From: a virus | Lineage: Duplodnaviria > Caudoviricetes | Strand: one strand, 5' to 3' | IMG/VR virus record: IMGVR_UViG_3300020037_002952 | Span: 1-64,000 of that record | DNA length: 64,000 bases | Part shown: positions 8,732 to 19,200 of the stretch, one piece after another | Numbering within the stretch: the stretch's first letter is position 1 | How the letters are laid out: every line of letters starts with the position of its first letter | The notes under the pieces: model-generated | What the model was told of the DNA's origin: nothing | The model's input: only the letters and a program-made list of their open reading frames with translations | Databases searched by the model: none | Made by a program: the position numbers and the translations under genes

Positions 8732-9504
8732 GTAATCAGCTACTTTCAATAGTTATCAACTATAAGACGAATGATTTGCTATCCAATTTTATTGATTCTT
8801 ACATGGAGTACGTTCACGACGAAGGTCGGATTCTTGTTATTGGCGATGTAGATGGTGACTATCCAATTTCACTCGTCCCAGATGGAGTTGGGTTTATTGG
8901 TTGGAATGAAAATATAGGATATGCTCGGGCAGTAAACTATATTGCTAGAGCATATGAATCCTATAATTGTGAGAACATCGGGATCTTTAATGCCGACACA
9001 CGTTTCGTCAATTATGATTGTGTAGACTCATGTGTCAATCTTCTTCAGTCAGAGAAAGATATCGGCGTAGTTGGGCCACTGCAATATAATGGCCAAGGTC
9101 AAATTACTCATGCCGGAATTTTCGGAAGAAATTCTAAGCCGTTACATCGTGCATGGAAATCTAAAGATTTGGGAAGCGTTCGTGATGTTAAAGATGCTGT
9201 TACTGTTTCTGGGAGCGCTTATTTCGTTAAGCGTAGCGTATGGGATGAACTAGCTAATGATCCAGAATTTTTACTGATAGATCCAGAAGCAGAAGGCGCG
9301 TTCTTAACAACAAATCTTTATTACGAGGAAACCTTTTGTAGCTATTTTGCTCGTCATAAAGGGTATCGAGTTGTGTATAATGGATTAGCTGAAATGCTCC
9401 ATGAGCACGACTCAAGTCCTGAGTCAGAACTGGTTGGTAGATTGCCGGAAGCTAGAGAGAAATTTAGGGCCGCATGTGATGCCCTAGGGATTGAGAGAGA
9501 TTAA
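8728..9504 (+). CDS. Glycosyltransferase family 2
   Basis: IVINYKT, ENIGYARAVN, FNAD, VVGP, VSGS, LYYEE. Confidence 0.9.
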   Translation: MSNQLLSIVINYKTNDLLSNFIDSYMEYVHDEGRILVIGDVDGDYPISLVPDGVGFIGWNENIGYARAVNYIARAYESYNCENIGIFNADTRFVNYDCVDSCVNLLQSEKDIGVVGPLQYNGQGQITHAGIFGRNSKPLHRAWKSKDLGSVRDVKDAVTVSGSAYFVKRSVWDELANDPEFLLIDPEAEGAFLTTNLYYEETFCSYFARHKGYRVVYNGLAEMLHEHDSSPESELVGRLPEAREKFRAACDALGIERD

Positions 9505-9505
9505 T

Positions 9506-10210
9506 ATGATAGTCGGACACATGGTTATGCGTAACGAGGCTGATAGGTACCTTCAGGCGTCTCTCACGCAGCTTCTAAAATTTTGTGACGAAGTTGTTGT
9601 TGTTGACGATCAGTCCGATGACGATTCTGTTGAGATCGCTAGAGATCTTGGTTGCAAGGTTATTGTTAGACCTAATGAGATTCTATCTTTTTTACAAGAT
9701 GAAACTTATTTTCGCTCCTACGCTTGGTGGGCAATGACGAAGGAATTAAAACTTTCTAACAAAGATTGGATTATCGCTTTAGATGCGGACGAATATATTT
9801 ATGGAGGGCCTGACTTAATTTCTGAAGTCAAGAATTATGATTCTATTTCTGTTCCCATTAGAGAAGTGTGGGACGTTGATCCGATTCAGTTGAGGGTAGA
9901 TGGTTTTTGGGATACCAATTCTCATAATAGAATAGTCAAATACAATCCTTCCTTTAGGTTTGAGAACAGTGGGTCTGGCACCGGAAGTGTTCCCACTGGT
10001 AAGTATAATACAGAAATTCATGATAAACATAGTCCGCTAATGATTCTCCACTTTGGATATACCACCCCAGAAGATAGACAGACAAAATACGAAAGATATA
10101 CTGGTATGAAAAATCATGGACATAACGAAAAACATATTAGATCTATTATTGGTACTCCGACTTTAATTGAAGCTGGGACTTTAGTTAAATTTTGGCGAGG
10201 TAAACAATGA
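9506..10210 (+). CDS. Glycosyltransferase family 2
   Basis: MRNEADRYL, VVVDDQSDDDSVEIA, WIIALDADE, ILHFGY....RQTKYERY. Confidence 0.9.
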   Translation: MIVGHMVMRNEADRYLQASLTQLLKFCDEVVVVDDQSDDDSVEIARDLGCKVIVRPNEILSFLQDETYFRSYAWWAMTKELKLSNKDWIIALDADEYIYGGPDLISEVKNYDSISVPIREVWDVDPIQLRVDGFWDTNSHNRIVKYNPSFRFENSGSGTGSVPTGKYNTEIHDKHSPLMILHFGYTTPEDRQTKYERYTGMKNHGHNEKHIRSIIGTPTLIEAGTLVKFWRGKQ

Positions 10211-10875
10211 CCGTTTCAGTAATTATCCCATGGTACGATTCCGGTGAACCTTACAGACAGAAGGCTAAAGAGTATGTTATAAACTGGTGGACTTCTAATT
10301 TTCCCGGCTTTGAGGTTTTAGTGGGAGCCAATGTTGGTAAATTCAACCGTTCGGCTTCTAGAAACATGTTAATTAGCCAAGCATATAATGACTTGCTCAT
10401 TATCGCTGACGCTGATTCGGTTCCACAACTTGGAGCTATATATACTGCAATAAGGTACATCGATACTAATGAGGGCTGGGTCATCCCATATGATCTGTAT
10501 CAGAATCTTAGTCAAGAGTACACAGATTCTGTTTACGAACAACAGCTAGAAATTCTTGACCCCAAAGATGAGGACTGTGAACATCAGATCACTTCTTGGG
10601 CGGGAATTCTCATTGCTCCCAAAGATGCTGTAGTCGGTGTTGGCGGATATGACGAAAGATTTGTCGGCTGGGGGCACGAAGATGTTGCTTTCAGAATAAA
10701 ATTAGATGCCGAGTATGAAAAGCATACCAGAGTTGCAGAACAAAAGCTAAGACATTTGTGGCATCCAATTGCCAAAGAAGATCAGTTTAATTCTCCAAAT
10801 GAAATTAGAAATAGAATGCTATTTGACAAAGAGTATAAAATAAGGTATAATTGGAGAGACGAAAGGATCTCATGA
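10207..10875 (+). CDS. Glycosyltransferase with galactosyltransferase (GT7-like) C-terminal motif
   Basis: VSVIIPW, FNRSASRN, ADAD, GGYDERFVGWGHED, HLWH. Confidence 0.88.
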   Translation: MTVSVIIPWYDSGEPYRQKAKEYVINWWTSNFPGFEVLVGANVGKFNRSASRNMLISQAYNDLLIIADADSVPQLGAIYTAIRYIDTNEGWVIPYDLYQNLSQEYTDSVYEQQLEILDPKDEDCEHQITSWAGILIAPKDAVVGVGGYDERFVGWGHEDVAFRIKLDAEYEKHTRVAEQKLRHLWHPIAKEDQFNSPNEIRNRMLFDKEYKIRYNWRDERIS

Positions 10876-11678
10876 ATCTTTATACCTATGATTATTTAGA
10901 AAGAAACGGAAGACTTGGTAATCAGCTTTGGCAGATTGCGTGGCAATATGGTTCTGCTATAAAAAATGATGGCCGTCTTTACATTAAACCTGACTGGGAA
11001 TATCGCAAGTTTTTCTGTGTTCCGGATAGTTTCTTTGAACGCCCTATTACTCATCTTTCCGCTGTAGACGGTCAGACTGAATATTTTCAGGAGTTGCATT
11101 GGTGGAATGGATATGAGGATGGTATTAAATTTATGTTTTCCCCCTCAGACTATGCTCTAGAAGAAGTAAAGAGGACAACTCCAGTTGTGTCCCCAGCAGA
11201 TTCTTGCAGTATACATTATCGAAGAGGTGATTACGTTAAGCTCCCCCAACACTATCCAATCCCTAGTGAGAATTACTATAAAAATGCTATGGTTGAAATT
11301 TTAAAAGAAAATGCTGATACAACATTTTTTGTATTCTCAGATGACATCGATTACATCGAGCAGGTATATCATAAAGATTCTGGATTGTATAAAGAACTAC
11401 TTGATCACAATAAAGTTCATTTTGTTAAAGGCACTCCACGACCAGTCGAAGTAATTGATAGAATTGGAGAGCCGCAGGATTGGCTTGATTTGTTTTATAT
11501 GAGTTCCTGTAATTATCATATTATTGCTAACTCAACCTTTTCTTGGTGGGGAGCCTTTTTGGGTGAATCTAAAACAACTTACTATCCGTCAGTATGGTTT
11601 GGAAACCATGAAAGCGTTAGATATATCCCCTGGAGACAAGGTATTCCAGATTATTGGAAAGAAGGAAATGCATTATGA
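10872..11678 (+). CDS. Alpha-1,2-fucosyltransferase-like (GT11)
   Basis: GRLGNQL.Q, SIHYRRGDY, FVFSDD, DL..MSSC...IIANSTFSWWGAFL. Confidence 0.93.
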   Translation: MNLYTYDYLERNGRLGNQLWQIAWQYGSAIKNDGRLYIKPDWEYRKFFCVPDSFFERPITHLSAVDGQTEYFQELHWWNGYEDGIKFMFSPSDYALEEVKRTTPVVSPADSCSIHYRRGDYVKLPQHYPIPSENYYKNAMVEILKENADTTFFVFSDDIDYIEQVYHKDSGLYKELLDHNKVHFVKGTPRPVEVIDRIGEPQDWLDLFYMSSCNYHIIANSTFSWWGAFLGESKTTYYPSVWFGNHESVRYIPWRQGIPDYWKEGNAL

Positions 11679-12307
11679 TGATGGACTTTCAGGACTTAGT
11701 TCGGAAGTATAAGGTTGATGTCAAAGGGGTGCTCCATGTGGGAGCGCATTTGGCGGAAGAAGCTGAGGTATATGAATCAGTGAATTCTGGGACCGTATGG
11801 TGGGTCGAAGCTAACCCATCCGTATTGCCCAAGATTGAACAAAAAATTTCTAGATTTAGGGACCAGTGGTTAATTCACGCCCTAGTTTATTCAGAGGATG
11901 GCGCTGAATTAGAATTTAATGTTACGAACTATGACGGTATGTCTTCTTCTATTTATGAGTTTGGAACACATACCTCTTTCAGCCCAGACGTACTATTCAC
12001 GGATAAAATCAAATTAACTACCAAGACTCTTGATACTATTTGTAAGGCTAATAACATTACGGCTAATTTTCTAAATATGGATCTCCAAGGAGCGGAAGGC
12101 CCCGCTCTTCGGGGTGCTGAGAGTCTCATTAATCGTCTTGACTATATTATGACAGAAGTAAATAAAGATGAAGTGTATGTAGGCTGTACTCGAATTGAAG
12201 AGATCGACAAAATTCTAGAAGACTTCCAGAGAGTAGAAACGCTATGGGTATCAACTCAGGGATGGGGCGATGCCTTCTATATTAGAAAGACGGTTTTAAA
12301 TGGCTAA
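11675..12307 (+). CDS. FkbM-family methyltransferase
   Basis: VLHVGAH, VEANP, SSSI, FLNMDLQGAE, EVN..EVY.G, WGDAFY. Confidence 0.9.
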   Translation: MMMDFQDLVRKYKVDVKGVLHVGAHLAEEAEVYESVNSGTVWWVEANPSVLPKIEQKISRFRDQWLIHALVYSEDGAELEFNVTNYDGMSSSIYEFGTHTSFSPDVLFTDKIKLTTKTLDTICKANNITANFLNMDLQGAEGPALRGAESLINRLDYIMTEVNKDEVYVGCTRIEEIDKILEDFQRVETLWVSTQGWGDAFYIRKTVLNG

Positions 12308-13040
12308 AATTACTGTCCTTATTCCATCTTATAACTGCGAGGATTGGATCAAGAGATGTCTAGATTCCGTAAAGTCTCAAACGGTCCAGCCATCTAAGGT
12401 AGTCGTAATCGACGATGCCTCAACAGATCCTAGTTATGCCGAAAAAACTCTTAAGCTATGTAAGCAGTATGGTTATACATTTCTTAGAAATGATAAGAAT
12501 GAAAAATGTCCATACAATCTTTGGCTGGGCGTTAAGATTCTAAATCCAGATGAAAATGATATTATTTTCTTGCTTGATGGTGACGATTTCTTACCGCATC
12601 CTAACGTTTTTCAGAGGATTAAAGAAGTGTACCAAGATGAAAACTGTTGGATGACTTATGGGAACTATGAACCTTTCCCGCACAATACTGGGCAAACATT
12701 AGCTGCCGCTTACCCTGAGGAAGTGATTCAAACCCGCTCTTTCCGTACTTCCGGGAATGTTTTTAACCATCCGATTACTTTCAGAAGATTCTTATTTGAT
12801 CAAATCAAAGAAGATGAGCTTAAGTCAGATAACGGGAATTGGTTCCGTGGCGGTTATGATTTTGCGATTATGGTGCCAATGCTCGAAATGTGTGGCGGTG
12901 AACATTATCAATTTATTAACGAAACATTATATTCTTATAACGCCATTAATCCTATTTCTGATTCACAAATCAACGTTCCTTTAATTATGGAAACAGATCA
13001 GCTTATTACTCGACCAAAGAAGGACCTTCTTATCCGATGA
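12300..13040 (+). CDS. Glycosyltransferase family 2
   Basis: VLIPSYN, CLDSV, VIDDASTD, LDGDD. Confidence 0.9.
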   Translation: MAKITVLIPSYNCEDWIKRCLDSVKSQTVQPSKVVVIDDASTDPSYAEKTLKLCKQYGYTFLRNDKNEKCPYNLWLGVKILNPDENDIIFLLDGDDFLPHPNVFQRIKEVYQDENCWMTYGNYEPFPHNTGQTLAAAYPEEVIQTRSFRTSGNVFNHPITFRRFLFDQIKEDELKSDNGNWFRGGYDFAIMVPMLEMCGGEHYQFINETLYSYNAINPISDSQINVPLIMETDQLITRPKKDLLIR

Positions 13041-13753
13041 ACACTTTTCACGACTACGTAAAGAAAACGCATCAGAACTTTAATGCCTATTCACAAAATA
13101 GAGAAGATCGAATTATTAAAAGTATCTTTGATCTGATTGGTGACGGTAACAAAAGATGCATAGAATTTGGTGCTGCTGATGGTTTCTTTTGCAGTAATAC
13201 AGCATATCTTTGGCATGGTCTTTTTTGGCAGGCACACCTAGCTGAATCAAGCCCGGAACTTTACCAACAGTTAGTTGCGAATACTTCAAGTTATAAAAAT
13301 GTGACTACCACTTACGATACCGTCACATCCGTTGACGATTTAGCTGATGGTGAAATCCAAGATTTTGTATCCATTGATGTTGATGGAACAGATTATACGA
13401 TTTGGGAAAACACCACTCTCAAACATCGAGTTGTTTGTATTGAACATAACCCAACATATCCGCCTCATGTATTTTATCATGGCGGAGAATGGCAGGGAGC
13501 TTCAGCGGCATCCATAAATAGATTAGCAGAGACTAAAGGATATACTCTAGTTGCTTGCACTCGAACCAATTTAATATTTGTAGTTAATGAAGAAAATCAA
13601 TTTCTTGATAATTACGATACAAGTCTTGAGGCTAACTTTGATACAACTGACATAAGTTATGTAGTTACAGATTATCATGGTAATTTTGATATTGTTGGTA
13701 ACCCCCCATATAATATGGTAAATAAAACTAAGATTGGATTTTATTGTGAATAA
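13037..13753 (+). CDS. FkbM-like methyltransferase
   Basis: YSQNREDRII, IEFGAADG, SIDVDGTDY, VVCIEHN, GAS, KGY.LV. Confidence 0.85.
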   Translation: MNTFHDYVKKTHQNFNAYSQNREDRIIKSIFDLIGDGNKRCIEFGAADGFFCSNTAYLWHGLFWQAHLAESSPELYQQLVANTSSYKNVTTTYDTVTSVDDLADGEIQDFVSIDVDGTDYTIWENTTLKHRVVCIEHNPTYPPHVFYHGGEWQGASAASINRLAETKGYTLVACTRTNLIFVVNEENQFLDNYDTSLEANFDTTDISYVVTDYHGNFDIVGNPPYNMVNKTKIGFYCE

Positions 13754-14360
13754 CCCTTATAAAGTAAGTTTTGATGAATGGGAATCAGCCGGCGCTATTG
13801 TGCCTGGCCGTTCTGTACCGGAGGAAGTGAAATGGTTTGTTTTATTGAATGAAGCAGAAAAAAACAATCACGATACTCTTATTGAAACTGGCACAGCTAC
13901 TGGAGATACACTTCTCCATGTCTACAGCTTTTTTAACAAGATTTATTCTTTTGAATTGATGCAAACTTATTATGAAGTTGCCAAACGTAATACTCAAAAT
14001 ATAAGTCACATCACACTATTTAATGAGTCTTCTGCTGGAGAACAATTTGCTTCGCTCATTAATTCTCTCACAGGTCCCGCTCTCTTTTATCTTGATGCTC
14101 ACTTTTCTGGCGAGGGCACTGGACAAGATAATTCATTAGAAACTCCAGACGTTCCAGTCCGAGAAGAATTAACCATCATCCTTGAAAGTCCATATAAGCA
14201 TACTATCGTCATTGATGATGCAAGAGTATTCCAGGGGGAAGAGTTTCATTCAGAAGAGTATGCTCAGTACCCTTCTATGGAAGAAATAGCAAGATTTGTT
14301 AAATCAAAGTATACCGTTAGACATGAAGCCGACAGTTTTATTTTAACGCATAATGACTAA
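13734..14360 (+). CDS. Class I SAM-dependent methyltransferase-like protein
   Basis: LIETGT..GDT, YSFEL, FYLDAHFSG, IVIDDAR. Confidence 0.75.
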   Translation: MDFIVNNPYKVSFDEWESAGAIVPGRSVPEEVKWFVLLNEAEKNNHDTLIETGTATGDTLLHVYSFFNKIYSFELMQTYYEVAKRNTQNISHITLFNESSAGEQFASLINSLTGPALFYLDAHFSGEGTGQDNSLETPDVPVREELTIILESPYKHTIVIDDARVFQGEEFHSEEYAQYPSMEEIARFVKSKYTVRHEADSFILTHND

Positions 14361-14970
14361 AGTTGGAGTAGTTATCGGAACTTTCGGTTCAGAAGAATGG
14401 CGTCTCAAAGGATTGGAAACAAATGATTCTTTAGATGATCAGATTGTTGACAGAAAGTTTTTTAGGGTTCCAGTTCATAGTGAGCGTCTTTGTGATGCTA
14501 GAAATTTTGGCGCAGAGATCTTATGTGAAACAGCCGAAGTCGATCTTCTTATCTTTCTTGATGCCGATGATCGTTTAGATAATGGTTATGTTCAAGCTAT
14601 GATAGACGCCTACGAAAACTTGCCTTTCGGAGAGTATCTTATCCAGCCAGCTACAGCACTTATGAAAGATGGGATTCAATGCGAAGCTGAAGCAGTTATC
14701 CCACGCCGTGGAAAAATAACTGACGGGAATTGGATGGTCATTGGTACGGCAGTTACAGTTGATGCTTTTAACTATGTGGGCGGGTTTAAAGACTGGCCGA
14801 TCTATGAAGACTGGGATCTATGGCTAAGATGTCATAAGGATTACGATGCTCAGTTTGCTATTCAGCCTGAAGCGATATACTTAGTTGGGGATAATCCAGA
14901 TAGTAGAAATAAACAGCCAACAAAAATCCATAATGAAACATATCGAAAAATTCGAGCACCATATTTGTAA
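14353..14970 (+). CDS. Glycosyltransferase family 2
   Basis: ARNFG, IFLDADD, VGGF....YEDWDLWLR. Confidence 0.88.
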   Translation: MTKVGVVIGTFGSEEWRLKGLETNDSLDDQIVDRKFFRVPVHSERLCDARNFGAEILCETAEVDLLIFLDADDRLDNGYVQAMIDAYENLPFGEYLIQPATALMKDGIQCEAEAVIPRRGKITDGNWMVIGTAVTVDAFNYVGGFKDWPIYEDWDLWLRCHKDYDAQFAIQPEAIYLVGDNPDSRNKQPTKIHNETYRKIRAPYL

Positions 14971-14995
14971 CGGTTTTGGAATAAACAGCCGATAA
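14968..14995 (+). promoter_or_regulatory. Sigma28/WhiG-type promoter of the packaging operon
   Basis: TAAC-N16-GCCGATAA; the -10 is the exact FliA/WhiG consensus. Confidence 0.7.
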
Positions 14996-15029
14996 ATTTA
15001 GTTACAACCCTCTCACAAGAAAGATTTTA

Positions 15030-15719
15030 ATGCCAAAACCTAAAGGTTCTACCCCCAAACCTGGGGATTTTGATAGTTTCGACGATAGTTCTTCTGACGA
15101 TATTTTTAGCGCAGTTAAGAATCTTCCCACAGTTATTTCTCCTTCCGGAGCCGAAGTTCAAGTAATGAACAGTAAGGAAGTTGAGTTTTATAATAGTGTC
15201 TCAGAGAGATATCAACAAGATAACAAGTTCACTAATATTTCCGATCTAGCTGAACTTGATCGTCTTTTAACATACGAGATGATGTGTTTCCGCTGGGCCA
15301 ACTGGCTTCTTACTGGCTACGACTATGATGGTGGCCCAGTTATGAGTAGTCTTTCAAAAGATATTGCTGCTTATTCTAAAGAAATTCGTGACATTAAAGG
15401 TGGTCTTGGGATCGATAAAAAGACTCGCGATCGAGATAAAGGAGCTTCCACCGCAGAGTTTATGGATATGTTAGTTATCCGTGCGGGTGAATTTGGCGTT
15501 CACCGTGACGAACAGATCATAGCTGCTCACACAATCCTCAAAGAACTAGAAGCTTTATATACTCTTCATAAGAATTCTACTGCCACCGAACGGACAGAGT
15601 TTAAGTGTCATGAGGAAGATATCTTTAATTGGATGGAAGAGAAGTTTAGGGAGTTTGATAAAATTGACGATGCTTTCCGTGAAAATCAAAAGATCTGGTT
15701 GAGGGAGCTTAATTCATGA
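15030..15719 (+). CDS. Putative terminase small subunit
   Basis: Position upstream of TerL; helical, with LGID..TR oligomerisation-like motif. Confidence 0.55.
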   Translation: MPKPKGSTPKPGDFDSFDDSSSDDIFSAVKNLPTVISPSGAEVQVMNSKEVEFYNSVSERYQQDNKFTNISDLAELDRLLTYEMMCFRWANWLLTGYDYDGGPVMSSLSKDIAAYSKEIRDIKGGLGIDKKTRDRDKGASTAEFMDMLVIRAGEFGVHRDEQIIAAHTILKELEALYTLHKNSTATERTEFKCHEEDIFNWMEEKFREFDKIDDAFRENQKIWLRELNS

Positions 15720-16219
15720 GAAGCGATAAGTGGGATAAGAAACTTAACGTTCTAAGATCTAAGTATCCACAAATAACAAATATCAACTGGGGCGAAATCC
15801 TAAGAGATGAACCAGAAGTTTTTTGTGGAGTTGTTGGAAAAGTAACTGTTCCAGACAATACTAAGAAATCTGAAATTCAAACATTTCAAGGGAACGTACA
15901 GTTCGCTAGAGTATCCAACTCAGATTACTCTGAGCTAGAATTTAAAAAAGCTTTCACTATTATTTACAGCAGATATCATGACCCACTTATAGAGAAAACT
16001 AATCTCTCCGAGCGTCACTTGATCGCTCTTATGGAGGGGAGTATAACTCCTACATACGAAGACATGGAAGAGATAGCTCAAGCTATTGGCAGGAATCCAT
16101 CCTTCTTTATGGAGTATAGAATCGCTAAAATTTTAGCGTCTATTGATTCGTATCTTATGGTTAGTCCAGAAACTACTTCTGTTTGGTATAACAAAGTTTC
16201 AAAAAATGAGTCTTTATGA
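15716..16219 (+). CDS. XRE-like HTH protein
   Basis: KTNLSERHLIALMEGSITPTYEDMEEIAQAIG. Confidence 0.6.
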   Translation: MRSDKWDKKLNVLRSKYPQITNINWGEILRDEPEVFCGVVGKVTVPDNTKKSEIQTFQGNVQFARVSNSDYSELEFKKAFTIIYSRYHDPLIEKTNLSERHLIALMEGSITPTYEDMEEIAQAIGRNPSFFMEYRIAKILASIDSYLMVSPETTSVWYNKVSKNESL

Positions 16220-19200
16220 TTTATGAACAGTTAACAGATAATGAGTGTTACCTTTATGCTTTAACTCAAGATGAGTCTGGATTAGATCTGGCAGAGTTTT
16301 GTTATATTGACGAAACTTCTGAAGACGGCTGTTTCCGTGCTTGGCCGATCCAGTACGCTTGGTGGCGCAAAAAAGACCAAAAGCAAATTTCCGCTGGGTC
16401 TAGATCTGTAGGTAAGGCTCTCGCAGTAGATACCCCTATCTTTACTTTAGATGGCTGGAAGCTGATGGGTGATATTGAAGAAGGAGACTTTGTTCTTCAC
16501 CCCTCAGGTGCCCCTAATTGCGTTATAGAAACTCATGAAATTTATGACGATCGACCATGTTACCAGATTGATTTTAGTAATGGTGGTCGTATTACTGCTG
16601 ACTCGAATCACTTATGGGTTGTATGGGATGATTTAAATAACCCCCTCATGGTGACAACACACGCCTTATACAAAAACTATTCCACATATAAAATCCCAGA
16701 ACAACAAACAGCTTGGGCTGGACACATCGCTCCTAAGGCTGTTGAAAGCTGGATCACTATAGATTCAGTTATTAAAGTTGAGCCTCAGCCAACAAGGTGT
16801 ATTACAGTCGAGTCGGATGACGGGATGTTCCTCGCTGGCCAAGCTCTTATCCCTACACACAATAGTTTGAGTATTAAGTTCAGGGCTTTCGCCTTCCCAT
16901 TTTTGAATCCTGGCGAAGAAATGATTGTAACCGCTCCAGAGAATATCCACCTTGAAGCTGTTACAGACAATATCGAAACCCTTTATGTTAATAATAAGCT
17001 AGCAAGTGAGATGATCGTTGGTGGTCGAGGCGGCATCACGCACAGGCCATTCAGAATGAACTTTAGTAATGGTGCCCGTATTATGGGCCGCATCCCGCAA
17101 CTGGATGGATCAGGGATTAAAGGCTGTTTTGAAAAAGGAACCCTAGTGCTGACCCGTAGAGGCTGTATCCCGATTGAGGCCGTAGAGGTCGGGGACATCG
17201 TTTTTACCCATCTTGGTAATTGGAAAAAGGTTACACATACTTGGATTTTCCAAGAAGAAACTCCGGTTCGTGTGCAGGCAAATAGACTCTCCGAAGGGGT
17301 AGTGTGTAGCGGGATAGAACCATTTTGGGCTAGATATGGCAATACTTTGAATATGAAGCAAAATGAACCTGAATGGTGTTTTGCTAAAGATCTTGCAGTT
17401 CAAAAAAACCGCCGTCATCGCTGGAATTTACTCTCTCCAGCCGAGTTCCCCGAAGAAACTCAACCAGCATTTCCGTTTAAATATGACGAAAAGGAGGTAG
17501 AAACACTTTATTGGCTTTTTGGTCTATATCAAGCCGAGGGTTCTTCTTCTATTAAATCTGGGCAGGTTACATTTTCGGTACACGAAGAAGAAGTAGATTG
17601 CGTCAAATCTGCAATCAATCGCATTGGTTATAATGCCGGAGCAACGCGTAAAAAGGGTCTAGGTATGGACGTCTACTTTTCGTCACAGCCCTTTATAACA
17701 TTTCTCAGAGAGGAGTTCAAAGCCTGTAAAGAAAAAACTATTCCCGTATGGATGTATGGTGCCCCAAGAGAACTTAAGGAAGCTTTCTTCTCTGGCGCTC
17801 TCTATGGCGATGGATGCTGGCGACATGAAAGCCTAAACGAGTATATCACAGTGATACGCTCTCTAGCTTACGAAATGAAAATGTTCGCTCAATCCCTAGG
17901 GTATGTAGCCTCAGTACACAGAAATAATACTTCTACTAATTTTGGAGATAATGGTTGGTATAGAGTTTTGGTGAGCGACCAGCCAGAATCTAGTAATTTC
18001 ATCGATGGGCACATTATGAGTGGCGTTCAAAATGTCGAAGAGTTAGCCCCAATGACTGTCTATGACCTCACTGTTGAAGATGATCATAGCTTTACGGCCA
18101 ACAGTGTGTTTGCTAGAAATACTCACCCCATCTGGCTTGAGCAGGATGAGGCTTGTTTCCCAGGAGAGACTCTTGTTTTTACTCATAAAGGACATATAAG
18201 AATCGATGAGATTGAAATTGGGGATTATGTATTAACCCATAAAAACCGATGGAAAAAAGTCCTAAATGTTTGGGATCGTGGTGAGAGAGAAACTATTAAT
18301 GTTAAGGGATTTATAGTCCCGACGCCCACTAGACTCATCAGTAAAACTATTAGGGTCACACCTAATCACAGGTTCTACGCCAAAAAATCTCAATATAGTC
18401 CGACCGAATGGATTCGTGCTGATGAACTTAAGGGATGCCTATGGTCGTATTTTGTTGATGGCAGACTAGTTTTTGGTGCCGTTGGAAAAGAATATGAATT
18501 GGACCCAGAAATTTGTAGAGTTTACGATATCGAAGTTGAAGATGACCATTCATTCGTTGCTGAAGGAATTGTTGTTCATAACAGCGACTACCCAGAAAAG
18601 GGTTGGGACGAAATTGTCGAAACCGTAAAGGTTCAAAATCCTAAAGCTCGTTGGCGAGCCCATGGAGTAACAAGAGGCGTTGGAGATAAATTTGACGAGA
18701 AGATCTCTGGGTCAGAATCAGAGTGGGCAGTTATCCGTCTGCCAGCTATGTATAGACCAAACTGGACTGATAACGAACGTAAATCGAAGATCGAAGAGTA
18801 TCACGGTTATGATTCTCCTAACTACAGAAGAAACATTTTAGGTCTTCCTGGTGACAATAACTCGCCTATGTTTGTTTTGCATAGGATTATGGCTAATGTT
18901 GTTCTTGATCTTGAAGATAATTATAATGCTTTCGAATACTATAATACTTTTATTGATGAAGCGATGATTCGTGAAGTTGACGATATTTTAGAACTTATCG
19001 ATATACCAGCTTCTCATTCAAGTTACAGTAGATTTTGGATCGGAATGGACTTTGGCTGGACGCAAGCACCATCGGCTATTGCTGTTTTCGCTGAGATAAG
19101 AAATCCAAAGAAAGATGAAACTTCACTTAAACTGTTAACTAAAATTATTCTTAAAAGAGTAGCCCCTATTGATCAGTTTAAAGTTATCATGCACCTTATG

